A stretch of DNA of 60,991 nucleotides, the filler included. It is 5 parts of 5 records of this genome, joined end to end, with 100 filler letters (N's around TTAATTAATTAA, not from the genome) between each part and the next. Parts side by side here need not be neighbours in the genome. Positions count along the whole stretch, not along the records: positions 47,806 to 55,253 come from SRR31147125_2232; positions 55,354 to 60,991 come from SRR31147125_2239; 3 more parts are not named here. One strand, written 5' to 3'. Of this stretch, positions 51,915 through 60,991 are shown piece after piece. Every line of letters begins with the position of its first letter. Position 1 is the first letter of the stretch. The position numbers were made by a program, and so were the translations under genes. The notes below the pieces were generated by a model that was not told the DNA's origin, searched no databases, and was given only the letters and a program-made list of their open reading frames with translations.

Positions 51915-52862
51915 ATGGATACAACAAAAATAAATATGCCGCTAATCGAGCAAAGGGCTGATCCATTTATCTACAAACATACCGATGGCTATTATTATTT
52001 TACAGGTTCAGTACCTTCATACGATTGTATAGAGCTTAGAAAAGCAAAGACAATAAATGGATTAAAAGAGGCTGAAACATTTAATGTGTGGCATAAGCAT
52101 GAAACAGGTCCTATGAGCCAACATATATGGGCACCTGAAATTCATTACCTGGATGGGAAGTGGTATGTTTACTTTGCAGGCAGTGAGGTTGACGATATTT
52201 GGAAATTAAGACCCTATGTATTGGAATGCAAAGGTCAGGATCCATTAAAAGACGAATGGATTGAATTGGGGCAAATGCAAGCTGCTGATGGTGATAATAA
52301 AACATTTATTGATTTTTCATTAGATGGAACTGTCTTTGAAAATAAAGGGAAGCGGTATTTCTGCTGGGCTGAGAAAACAGGTGGGCAGTTTGCTGCGTCA
52401 AACTTATATTTAGCCGAAATGGAATCTCCAATTAAGCTAAAAACGCCACAGTTTATGCTCACAACTCCTGATTATGATTGGGAAAGAATTGGGTTCTGGG
52501 TAAACGAAGGTCCCGCAGTGATTAAAAATAATGGTAAAATTTACATCACTTTTTCAGCAAGTGCCACAGGTGCATGTTATTGCATGGGAGTGATGGAAGC
52601 AGATGAAGAAACTGATTTATTGGATAGAAATTCATGGAAGAAATCAAGACACCCGGTGCTTGAGACTGATTATGAAAAGAAGATATTTGGGCCAGGACAT
52701 AACAGTTTTACAGTGGCAGAAGATGGAATAACTCCATTAAGTATCTATCATGCCCGAGATTATGAAGAAATTGTTGGCGATCCGTTATATGATCCAAACA
52801 GACATGCCAGAGTTATGGAAGTTAAATTTGATGAAGACGGAAAACCGATATTTGAATTTTAA
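51915..52862 (+). CDS. Glycoside hydrolase family 43 (arabinofuranosidase/xylosidase-like)
   Basis: RADPFI, WAPEIH, FSLDGT, VNEGP, GPGHNSF. Confidence 0.92.
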   Translation: MDTTKINMPLIEQRADPFIYKHTDGYYYFTGSVPSYDCIELRKAKTINGLKEAETFNVWHKHETGPMSQHIWAPEIHYLDGKWYVYFAGSEVDDIWKLRPYVLECKGQDPLKDEWIELGQMQAADGDNKTFIDFSLDGTVFENKGKRYFCWAEKTGGQFAASNLYLAEMESPIKLKTPQFMLTTPDYDWERIGFWVNEGPAVIKNNGKIYITFSASATGACYCMGVMEADEETDLLDRNSWKKSRHPVLETDYEKKIFGPGHNSFTVAEDGITPLSIYHARDYEEIVGDPLYDPNRHARVMEVKFDEDGKPIFEF

Positions 52863-53039
52863 CTAATAAGTTAATTATATACCGTTTGGTTACTAGTATG
52901 CTTACCATATTTCTGATAATTATTCAGAAAACACATCACAAATCTTGTAAAAACCCGACTGGCAATATGGTTTAATAAACGATGCTGACATAAGCTTGTC
53001 AATCATTCAAATTATATTTGACTAAATATTCGAGAAAAA

Positions 53040-53810
53040 ATGGAAAGAATAATTACACTAGATCAGTCAAATATTGATAAAGAACATATTTGTTGTGCAA
53101 TTTCGGATAAGAAATGCAAAGACAGTTATGAATTAAAAAAGGAATGGCTGAAAAAAGAGTTTAATAATGGATATATTTTTCGCAGAATTGAAGCAAGGGC
53201 TAAAGTTTTTATAGAGTATGGACCAGCTGAAAATGGATGGATACCGATTGAAGCGAAAAACTATTTATTAATCAATTGTTTTTGGGTTTCTGGGAAATAC
53301 AAAGGGAAAGGATACGGAAAAAAATTATTAGAACTCGCTCTTAATGATGGTAAGGATCAAGGCAAAGATGGATTGGTAACAGTAGTGGGAACAAAAAAAC
53401 GTCACTTTATGAGTGACACAAAATGGCTTTTAAAACAGGGATTTGAAACTATTGAGGAACTACCATCTGGATTTAGTTTAATTGCGAAGAAGATTAATCA
53501 CAAAGCTGAGAATCCAAAATTTAAAGATTCTGTAAAAAGCAACGATAAGGTTGAGCAAAAGGGGTTAGTAGCTTATTATTCAAATCGCTGTCCGTTTTCA
53601 GAATACCATGTAACAAATTCATTGCCTGAAGCAGCTAAAAAAAGAAATTTGCCCTTAACTATTATTAAGATTGATTCAATAGAAAAAGCACAATCTGCGC
53701 CAACTCCTGCAACCATTTTCAGCCTGTTTTATAATGGTAAATTCATTACAACAGATTTGAGTGTTTGCATGGATAGTAGGTTTGACAAAGTGATGGATAA
53801 GAATAAGTAA
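53040..53810 (+). CDS. GNAT acetyltransferase with YoaP domain
   Basis: EHICCAIS, CFWVSGKYKGKGYG, RCPF, AQSAPTP. Confidence 0.85.
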   Translation: MERIITLDQSNIDKEHICCAISDKKCKDSYELKKEWLKKEFNNGYIFRRIEARAKVFIEYGPAENGWIPIEAKNYLLINCFWVSGKYKGKGYGKKLLELALNDGKDQGKDGLVTVVGTKKRHFMSDTKWLLKQGFETIEELPSGFSLIAKKINHKAENPKFKDSVKSNDKVEQKGLVAYYSNRCPFSEYHVTNSLPEAAKKRNLPLTIIKIDSIEKAQSAPTPATIFSLFYNGKFITTDLSVCMDSRFDKVMDKNK

Positions 53811-54172
53811 AGCATAAATACACAACAATTTTAATGCGGGAGGTGTGCCTGCACTCAACTTGATTAGTCAAGCTCCTAACTGTCTTACCAGATTTTCAAA
53901 TCTTAATACACCCCAACCACATACCAGTAAACGTGTTACTGTCTAAAAAACGACGATTAAAAAGTTGGAGTAGAAATTAGTTTTCCTAACTTTACCAAAC
54001 CAGACCAGAACAGATTTTAACCAACTAAATAAACCATGACCTTTTCATATAAAGAAAGATCAGTGTTATTATTTTTGAATGATGTCCATTGCAATGGCTT
54101 ATTGTAATTTGGTCAATACTAACTAAAAACACAACCGTGAATCTATACCTAAATCATAATAAACCGAAACAA

Positions 54173-55253
54173 ATGAAAAATTTATCAAGAAGATCATTTT
54201 TAAAATCAAGTGGGGCGGCAGCAGCAGGTGTTGTTTTTATTCCTGGAATGCTAAGTTGTTCACCAAACAACAGGCTTAATTTTGCCATTATTGGTGTTGG
54301 CGGACGCGGAACTGCTAGTTGGACTCAGGTTCCTCCAGAAAATTTGGTGGCCATGTGCGATGTTGACGACAGAATGGTGGCCGATCTTTATAAAAGACGT
54401 CCAAACGCAAAGAAATACAAAGATTTCAGGAAAATGTTTGACGAAATGGGAAAAGACATTGATGCAGTAATGATTGCAACACCCGATCACACACACTTTC
54501 CAGCTGCAATGGCTGCAATGGAGCTAGGAAAGCATGTTTTTGTAGAAAAGCCTTTAGCCCATAATATTTGGCAATGCCGAACCTTGCAAAAAGCTGCCAA
54601 TTACTATGGTGTAGTTTCACAAATGGGAAATCAGGGACAAACCACAAATGGAATACGATTAGTTAAAGAATGGTACGAAGCCGGTGTGCTTGGCGAAGTA
54701 AAAGAAGTAATTGCATGGCAAGGTAAAATTAATTTTGAACATGATCACTACTTTGGAAAACCAGCGGCTTTTCCACCTCAAGTTCATGAAGTACCCAAAG
54801 AACTTGACTGGGATTTGTGGCAAGGCCCGGTAGCTGAAAAGCCGTTTAACAATCTGTATGCACCAAGAACATGGAGAGGGTTTTATGATTATGGGAATGG
54901 TAAACTAGGCGATTGGTGCTGCCATACCTTAAATGCACCTCACTGGGCACTCGATCTGGGCTTACCTCATACGATTGAAGGGGAGATTAAAAACATGGTT
55001 CCAGATCATAGTTTTGTTGCTGAAGAATCTGTTGTTACCTGGCAATTTGCTGCAAGAGGAAATAAAGCCCCTGTTACCATGAAGTGGTATGAAGGTTTTG
55101 AAAAACCAGAAGTAAGACCAGAATGGGGAATTGATGAATTACCAGGTGGCGGAATGATAATGATTGGCGATAAAAAGACATTAATTACCGGAGGTCGCCC
55201 AAATGATGCTAAACTTCTTGTTCCTGAAGAAGAATGGGTAGAATTCCAAAAAA
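54173..55253 (+). CDS. Gfo/Idh/MocA oxidoreductase with twin-arginine signal, 3'-truncated
   Basis: SRRSFLK, IGVGGRG, ATPDHTH, FVEKPL, WDLWQGP. Confidence 0.9.
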
Positions 55254-55353
55254 NNNNNNNNNNNNNNNNNNNNNNNNNNNNNNNNNNNNNNNNNNNNTTA
55301 ATTAATTAANNNNNNNNNNNNNNNNNNNNNNNNNNNNNNNNNNNNNNNNNNNN
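55254..55353. other. Artificial contig linker
   Basis: 44 N + TTAATTAATTAA + 44 N. Confidence 0.98.
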
Positions 55354-56092
55354 CCCTAACCTTTTCAATCGTTTCTGCTATGCTTCTTTTAAGTTTTAGT
55401 GCACTGTCTTCCCATGCAATTATGATAAAAGTGAACCCTTGATTCTCCGTGATGATAGCTTGCGATACCTTTTACTCTCACTTGTGATGATCTCATATAT
55501 AATAGATTGAGCAGATTCCATCCAATCCGTATACTCCGATTGAGATAATGTCAAATAATCATCTATTTCCAAGATGAACGCATTGAAATATAGTGCGTCT
55601 ATATTGTAGCCATATTCGAATAAAAAGCTTGCGACGTCTGACGAATTCCCTAAGCCATATAACATTTTTTTAAAATTTATCTCTGTCTTCAACTCTTTGA
55701 CGTAGCTTCTTATAGATTGTTTTTTTTATAGTCCTCCCTTATTTCTATTAAAATTTTCTCAAGCTCAGTTGGGTTTATCGGCTTTAGCAGATAAGCATAC
55801 GCCCCGTTGTTCACCGCTTCCTGAGCAAACTTAAACTCATCATAGCCGGTCAGCAGTATGGTGTATAAGGGCTCGTATTTGTCTTTAATGCTTTTCAGTA
55901 GCTCAAGCCCCGTGATAAAAGGCATCTTGATATCGGTTATCACAACATCCGGCTTCTGTTCGGATATAAGAGACAGAGCTTCCTCCCCGTCCTCCGCTTC
56001 ACCAACAACCTGATAACCAAGCGCATTCCAAGGATCAATTCAACGATCCCTGTGCGTATTATCTCCTCGTCATCTGCAACAATAACTCTCAT
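55354..56092 (-). CDS. YesN-like response regulator, frameshifted and 3'-truncated
   Basis: MRVIVADDEEIIRTG..., GEAEDGEEA...PDVVITDIKMP...LTGYDEFKFAQEA...YLLKP across several frames. Confidence 0.85.
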
Positions 56093-56100
56093 TTAAGCTC

Positions 56101-57959
56101 CTACTTTCTTAACTTCGGTATCGTTAAATAAACGGTTGTGCCGACTCCTTCTTCGCTCTCGTACCTCAAACCATACGTGTACCCGAAAAAAACTCTGACC
56201 CTGTCGCTGACGTTTTTTATGCCAAAACTTTCTGACCCTATCCACGGTTCACCCAGCCGCCTTTGCAGATTGGCATTGAGCTCTTGGATGGCATCAGCGC
56301 TCATGCCAACGCCTGTATCTCGAATTACAAACACCAGCCTGTCTTGTTCCTCGTGCCCTTCGATATAAATATTTCCGCCGCTCTTTTTGCTCTTGACGCC
56401 ATGATAGATCGCATTCTCAACGATCGGTTGTAAAATCAGCTTCAGTGTAGAATATCCATACATGGACTCCGGTATGCTCATTTCGTAGAATATTTTCTTT
56501 TTGTATCGTATCTTCTGGATCGTCAGATAATTAATAACGTGCTCGGTCTCTTCTTTCACCGAGATCACATCCTTGCCCTTGCTTAGTGCGATTCGCAAAA
56601 GTTTCGTAAAAGCGTTCACCATAATGACCACTTCATCATTGCGGCCCATTCGCGAAAGCCAGTTGATCGAATCCAGTGTATTATACAGGAAATGCGGATT
56701 GATCTGCTCTTGAAGAATCTTGAATTGCGCTTTACGAAGCTCTGTTTGCTCCTCCATCACCGTATCCATCAGACGCTGTATTTCATCCAGCATTAAGTTA
56801 AAGCTTTTCCCCAGCTGCCCGATCTCATCTTGATATTTCACCACAAACTTCCCTGTGAAATTTCCCGTTTCAACTTTCTTCATTAAGCGAATCAACCTTT
56901 TTACCGGCTTTGCAATGCTGGAAGAAAACTGAATGGACAACAGAATGACGATGATACACACAATAACGGCTATCATAATCGATACGGGTACAATCTGACT
57001 TGTGTCTCTTGTCAGCTCTCTAATCGACATCACATTGACCATTTTCCAACCGGAGACCAAGTCGGTCGAACATATAAAGTATTCTTGCCCATCTATGGTC
57101 GCTCTGAAATTCGCAACGTCCATTTCCTCTGCCGGCTCGTAATAGTATTCATTGTTTGTTGCTTCGCCAGTATTGTTGCTTTCTTCGCGCTTGATGATTT
57201 CGTCTTTTACTTTCCAAACCAGTTCATCGGCATCCGCCCGCAGTATCGGGTAATAATTTTCATCATAGAATAACATCACGCTTTTTGCACCGGTGTTAAT
57301 ATAGCTGATGCTGTCGTATATGGTATCCTTCCTAAAGTCAATTAAAATAACACCTAATTTTTCACCCGTCGTTTTGTCGATAACAGGTATCCCCATCGTC
57401 ACATACTCAAACGTCGTCCTGCTGACTACCATAAACTGATCGACATGTGCGTCGAACCACACAGGATAATCTGATGCGATGACTCTTTTATACCAATCCG
57501 TATTTCTAAAATCTATATCCTTGAAAAAGCTGTATGTGGATTTGATCATCAGCCCATTTTCACCCATTAGATATGTGAACGGTATATCATTGAGCGTAAA
57601 GCTTTTCAAAAACATCAGCCTGTCGTTCAATGAACTCCTTCATTCTTTTCTGTTTCAGAATCTGGGCCGGCTCTCAGATAAGACCGAATAATAGTATCGG
57701 AAGAGATCATATTGCCTTGTTTAATACATTCGATCAATAACGAGTTGATATTTTGTGCGGCCATTTGTATGGATGAAATATTTGATTGCTCTGCATTTTC
57801 TTCAATGACGCCAATCGAGATGTTCATAGATACGTTTAAAACAATGATCATCGGTATGATAGCAAGAATAAGCATGAAAAAAAGTAATCTTGTTCTGATG
57901 GCAAGACTTAAAAACTTTTCTTTGATACGATTAAAATGTTTCCTCATTATATCTATCAC
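56101..57959 (-). CDS. YesM-like sensor histidine kinase (frameshift near 57635)
   Basis: TM, Cache, TM, HAMP, QINPHFLYNTL, QPIVENAIYHG, DTGVG. Confidence 0.9.
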
Positions 57960-58086
57960 ATTCTAATAAAAAAGTACTAACCATCTGATATTGAGACAAT
58001 AAAAATCAAGAATAAATGTATACGTTTACCATTATAACATAAATAAAAATCTTGAGCAATATGATGACGCGGCTGTTCGTGTAGGT

Positions 58087-58520
58087 TGTCAATTATGTGT
58101 AACACGAAGCAGTAAAAAATATCATGGATTCCAAAAATCTGATAAAGTTATAATTTCGAAAAAGCAACAAAAGTCAGAGAACGGAATTCTCAGTGAAAAC
58201 TATAAGGTAAAGAGCATACTTTCGTCAACGAATATTAAAGGAAATTGAAAAATGGAAACGAGTAACCGAGATTGCAATAAAATATCGAATCAGCAGAACA
58301 AGCATATACTGATGGCGAGAACGATACGACGGAACGGTTGAATCGTTTTCACCATGACAAGTGTATGGGGCTTGTGTGCTTGCATATGGGCTTGGAATAC
58401 AAGCATAGGTATACACGAAGTGTCTGCTCGCTGAACAGAGCAGTGAGAAACATTGGTATTGGCAGACGAAAGCAGCGTAAGAAAAAGCAGCAGCGACAAA
58501 GCCGTATGAAAGCCCGAAAG
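58087..58520 (+). mobile_element. Degraded IS481-family insertion sequence remnant
   Basis: Candidate left end TGTCAATTATGTGTAACAC at 58087. From GTG 58193: MKTIR*RAYFRQRILKEIEKWKRVTEIAIKYRISRTSIY*WRERYDGTVESF, then GLVCLHMGLEYKHRYTRSVCSLNRAVRNIG in another frame. Resembles the IS481 transposase N-terminus. Confidence 0.7.
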
Positions 58521-58694
58521 CAGCATAATATCAAGCAGTGCGAGCTCAAACGAGTGATCTTTTTCAAGATAGTCCGCAGCTCTGCTTCCATCATCGAAAA
58601 TAACATATTCATATCCCGCGTGTTGAAGATTTATCGCGACACCGTCTGAAATACCTTTGTCATCCTCAACTATGAGTGTCCTGTTTCGCAACAT
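58520..58694 (-). pseudogene. Truncated response regulator (half receiver domain only)
   Basis: LIVEDD...FDDG...LALLDIML, after which similarity stops at the IS remnant. GGAGG RBS. Confidence 0.8.
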
Positions 58695-58821
58695 GGCTTA
58701 AAAACCTCCAGAGTGTTTTTCATCAATATTTTACCATAGTGTAAACTGTAAAAGGTTATCAAAATGTTATCCGGCAAATATAAGCGCTAATAATTCGCCA
58801 TCCTTGAAGCCGTAACAATAG

Positions 58822-58870
58822 AAAAAAAGGCAGGCATGGACATTTTACATGCGTGCCATACCCGCCTTTT
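58822..58870 (-). terminator. Terminator after the DUF6034-like gene
   Basis: AAAAGGCAGGCATGG...CCATACCCGCCTTTT imperfect inverted repeat with a minus-strand U tract. Confidence 0.65.
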
Positions 58871-58886
58871 GGGAGATGCTTATGTG

Positions 58887-60491
58887 TCAGTAGCCCATAT
58901 CAAGGTCAATCACGCTGCCGTCTATGGCGTTGATGGTTAGTATCGGCTCATCGGATAAATGGTAGTGTTCTCCATCTTCCGGATAATCTGGGTATGATAC
59001 GGTCATCGTTCCGTAAAAATCCCATACGGGCACGAACAAACCGTATCCAATGTTGTTCTGCTCCATGATGCGCCGCAGCGTAAGCGTAACTCGGTCGACT
59101 TTCCCGGAAAGGTTGCTGCCCTCCATCACATTGTCGTATGTCACACGGTACATATTGTTGAACACGTCCTCAATTTCATCAAACGTGAGCATACTGGTAT
59201 CCTCCGTCACGGTCTCTATTATTTTATATGGAGATCTCCAACCAACACTGCTGATACCTTCCCTGCAAACTCCTATAGTGAACTTCTCATAAAACCACTG
59301 CTGCCCAAACATACCGTCGCCGATATAGCTCGAAGACCCGTTGCTCGTCACCGGAATGCCGTTTACGGTTCTTTCCAGCTCCACCCTGAATTCCACATCT
59401 TGCGCCTCTCCGTCATATTTTCCATTTTGGATATCCGCCGTGAAGGTTTCCTGCTCTTCCGGGGTAACATCCATGCCGTAGAATGTTTCATTATACGATT
59501 CCGGCAAAGCCATGATCAACGTTATACGGCTCACCTGCATGTCTTCAATACCCACCGCTGAGAGAAAATCCTGTACCATACTCAGCGCATCCCCGTACGA
59601 GAAACCAGCTATATTTTTCGGCCTGTCCGTCAGACAGTCTAGCGTTACTGTCTCTGCATTGACGCAGCATGCGTCGTTTATCGTCATGTCTTTATCCGAA
59701 TAGCTAAAGCGCGAGCCCTGCGAGGCGGTATCCGTCACCGTCCAGCCGCCCACGTTCTCCTCGATGATGATCTCCCCGTCCTTATTGTTGTTCCGGACTG
59801 AAAAATCCTTGCCCTTCCTAATTTGAACACCCGGATATTCAGCGATGTCGACACCGGTGTATTCACACATCGTTCTGCCCGTTTGAAAGTCGATCTCCTG
59901 CTGCATGCCGATTGTGGCGTCCGCCGGTATAAGTTCTGGGCTGTCGGGCGCAGAGTCATAAGCGCCTTCAAGCTCGGCTATCTTCTCCTCGGCCTGCGCC
60001 TTGCACTGCTCAGCATTCTCAACGCTGTTCGGGTCGTCAAGTATCTTCCGCCACCTCACAAGATCATCCTCAATCTGCGTTTTAGTATAACGCATCTGCT
60101 GCTGGTACATGGGCGTATCCTTGACCAGACAGTCGTACAGCCTGTTTACGAGCTCCTGCGAAAAGTCCGCCGGCTCCACGCGCATCACAGGCTGCGCAAC
60201 GGCGTTCGGGAGTATTATCTCCGCGTTGGCAATCAGCGTCAGCCTTCCGTCATAATAGCTTTCATCCGCAGCGAATCTTTCTGGAACACCCAGCCTTTCT
60301 GCCAGTACAGCCGCATAGTCCGTGCTCTCGGCTACCGGTGTCTCCGTGGCCTCGTTATCAATTTCTGTGGCTTTGTCGATCAGCAAATCAACATTTTTTC
60401 CGACAACAATCGGGCTTTCGGGCGACTTCTGACAGCCCACCATAGAAACAGCCCCTATTATTGCAAGTAATATGCACATTATTCTTTTCAT
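58887..60491 (-). CDS. Secreted lipoprotein, DUF6034-like
   Basis: Lipobox MVGC-QKSPESPIVVGK; C-terminal VPVWDFYG...INAIDGSVID. Confidence 0.75.
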   Translation of the reverse strand: MKRIMCILLAIIGAVSMVGCQKSPESPIVVGKNVDLLIDKATEIDNEATETPVAESTDYAAVLAERLGVPERFAADESYYDGRLTLIANAEIILPNAVAQPVMRVEPADFSQELVNRLYDCLVKDTPMYQQQMRYTKTQIEDDLVRWRKILDDPNSVENAEQCKAQAEEKIAELEGAYDSAPDSPELIPADATIGMQQEIDFQTGRTMCEYTGVDIAEYPGVQIRKGKDFSVRNNNKDGEIIIEENVGGWTVTDTASQGSRFSYSDKDMTINDACCVNAETVTLDCLTDRPKNIAGFSYGDALSMVQDFLSAVGIEDMQVSRITLIMALPESYNETFYGMDVTPEEQETFTADIQNGKYDGEAQDVEFRVELERTVNGIPVTSNGSSSYIGDGMFGQQWFYEKFTIGVCREGISSVGWRSPYKIIETVTEDTSMLTFDEIEDVFNNMYRVTYDNVMEGSNLSGKVDRVTLTLRRIMEQNNIGYGLFVPVWDFYGTMTVSYPDYPEDGEHYHLSDEPILTINAIDGSVIDLDMGY

Positions 60492-60568
60492 TTTTCATAC
60501 CTCACCCATCTTGATACGCACATTTTTACACACTACAAGTATAAAGTGGTTATCAAAACATTAACATT

Positions 60569-60991
60569 TTATTGTCGGAAAATGATCTTCATACTCGTTC
60601 CGCATCCAAGCTCGCTTTCTACAACTAGCCGGGCATTGTGTGCTTCTGCAATTTGCTTTACGAGTGCAAGCCCAATCCCACTTCCGCCTTTTCTTTTACT
60701 GCGGGAGCGGTCTACCATGTAAAACGGTTCGGTGATTCGTTTGATCTCTCCCTGCGGAATGCCGCTGCCCGAATCTTTTACCTCGATCACGTTTTCATAT
60801 GCGCGAAGCATGATACTCTGTCCTGCCGCCGAAGCCTTTGAGGCGTTATCCACAAGATTAATACAAAGCGAACGCATAAGATCAAAGTCCATCAATAAAG
60901 TGTCAGTTTCGCATTCCAACACAAGCGGTGTACAGCGCTTCAGCAACATTTCCTTTATGCTTTCAGATACGGCGGTAAAAAGCTCCCTTAC
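60569..60991 (-). CDS. Sensor histidine kinase, C-terminal HATPase domain, 5'-truncated by the window end
   Basis: NLVDNASKAS, DSGSGI, EPFYMVDRSRS, GSGIGL. Confidence 0.9.
   Translation of the reverse strand, partial: VRELFTAVSESIKEMLLKRCTPLVLECETDTLLMDFDLMRSLCINLVDNASKASAAGQSIMLRAYENVIEVKDSGSGIPQGEIKRITEPFYMVDRSRSKRKGGSGIGLALVKQIAEAHNARLVVESELGCGTSMKIIFRQ

Noticed and set aside
53815-53945. attC-like or cassette repeat after the YoaP gene
   Set aside because: End complementarity is too weak, it is single copy, and no integrase is present.
58290-58520. C-terminal part of the 134-aa ORF as a genuine novel output domain
   Set aside because: It is the antisense reading of the IS481 remnant.
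59823-60470. 215-aa plus-strand ORF, and similar shadow ORFs such as 6829-7266, 21873-22292 and 49209-49694
   Set aside because: They overlap well-supported genes and show no recognisable motifs.

Overview
The window is not one locus. It holds five contigs joined by four identical 100-nt artificial linkers (44 N + TTAATTAATTAA + 44 N at 15815-15914, 41000-41099, 47706-47805 and 55254-55353), and the contigs look like different organisms. Contig A (1-15814): BlaI/BlaR1-type pair, an MscS plus double-MgtE cluster, GH28, an uncharacterised five-gene operon of paralogous DUF2589-like helix/beta-hairpin proteins ending in a kinase-less 4xPASTA protein and preceded by a structured leader, a HAD / tocopherol-cyclase-like / UbiA-MenA operon, and GH31. 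Contig B (15915-40999): a clostridial housekeeping region (comM, large double GT-C glycosyltransferase, yraN, rnhB, rbgA, rplS, trmD, rimM, khpA, rpsP, ffh, ylxM, apgM, tadA, rpmA, rplU with L21 leader, rng, radical SAM pair, spoIVFB/A-like, PPIase, DegV, amtB with an ANTAR-type leader, glnA). Contig C (41100-47705): metabolic genes and aroF, preceded by an aromatic-rich leader peptide (..FTWWYYY..) and two terminators. Contig D (47806-55253): Bacteroidota-like (RND/TolC, GPH transporter, GH43, YoaP, Gfo/Idh/MocA). Contig E (55354-60991): clostridial two-component genes, an IS481 remnant and a DUF6034-like lipoprotein. Many genes, including essential ones, carry single-base indels mostly at or near homopolymers, most likely sequencing errors. 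The best novelty candidate is the 6598-10382 operon; the aroF attenuator is second. All family assignments come from motif recognition by eye, with no database searches run.
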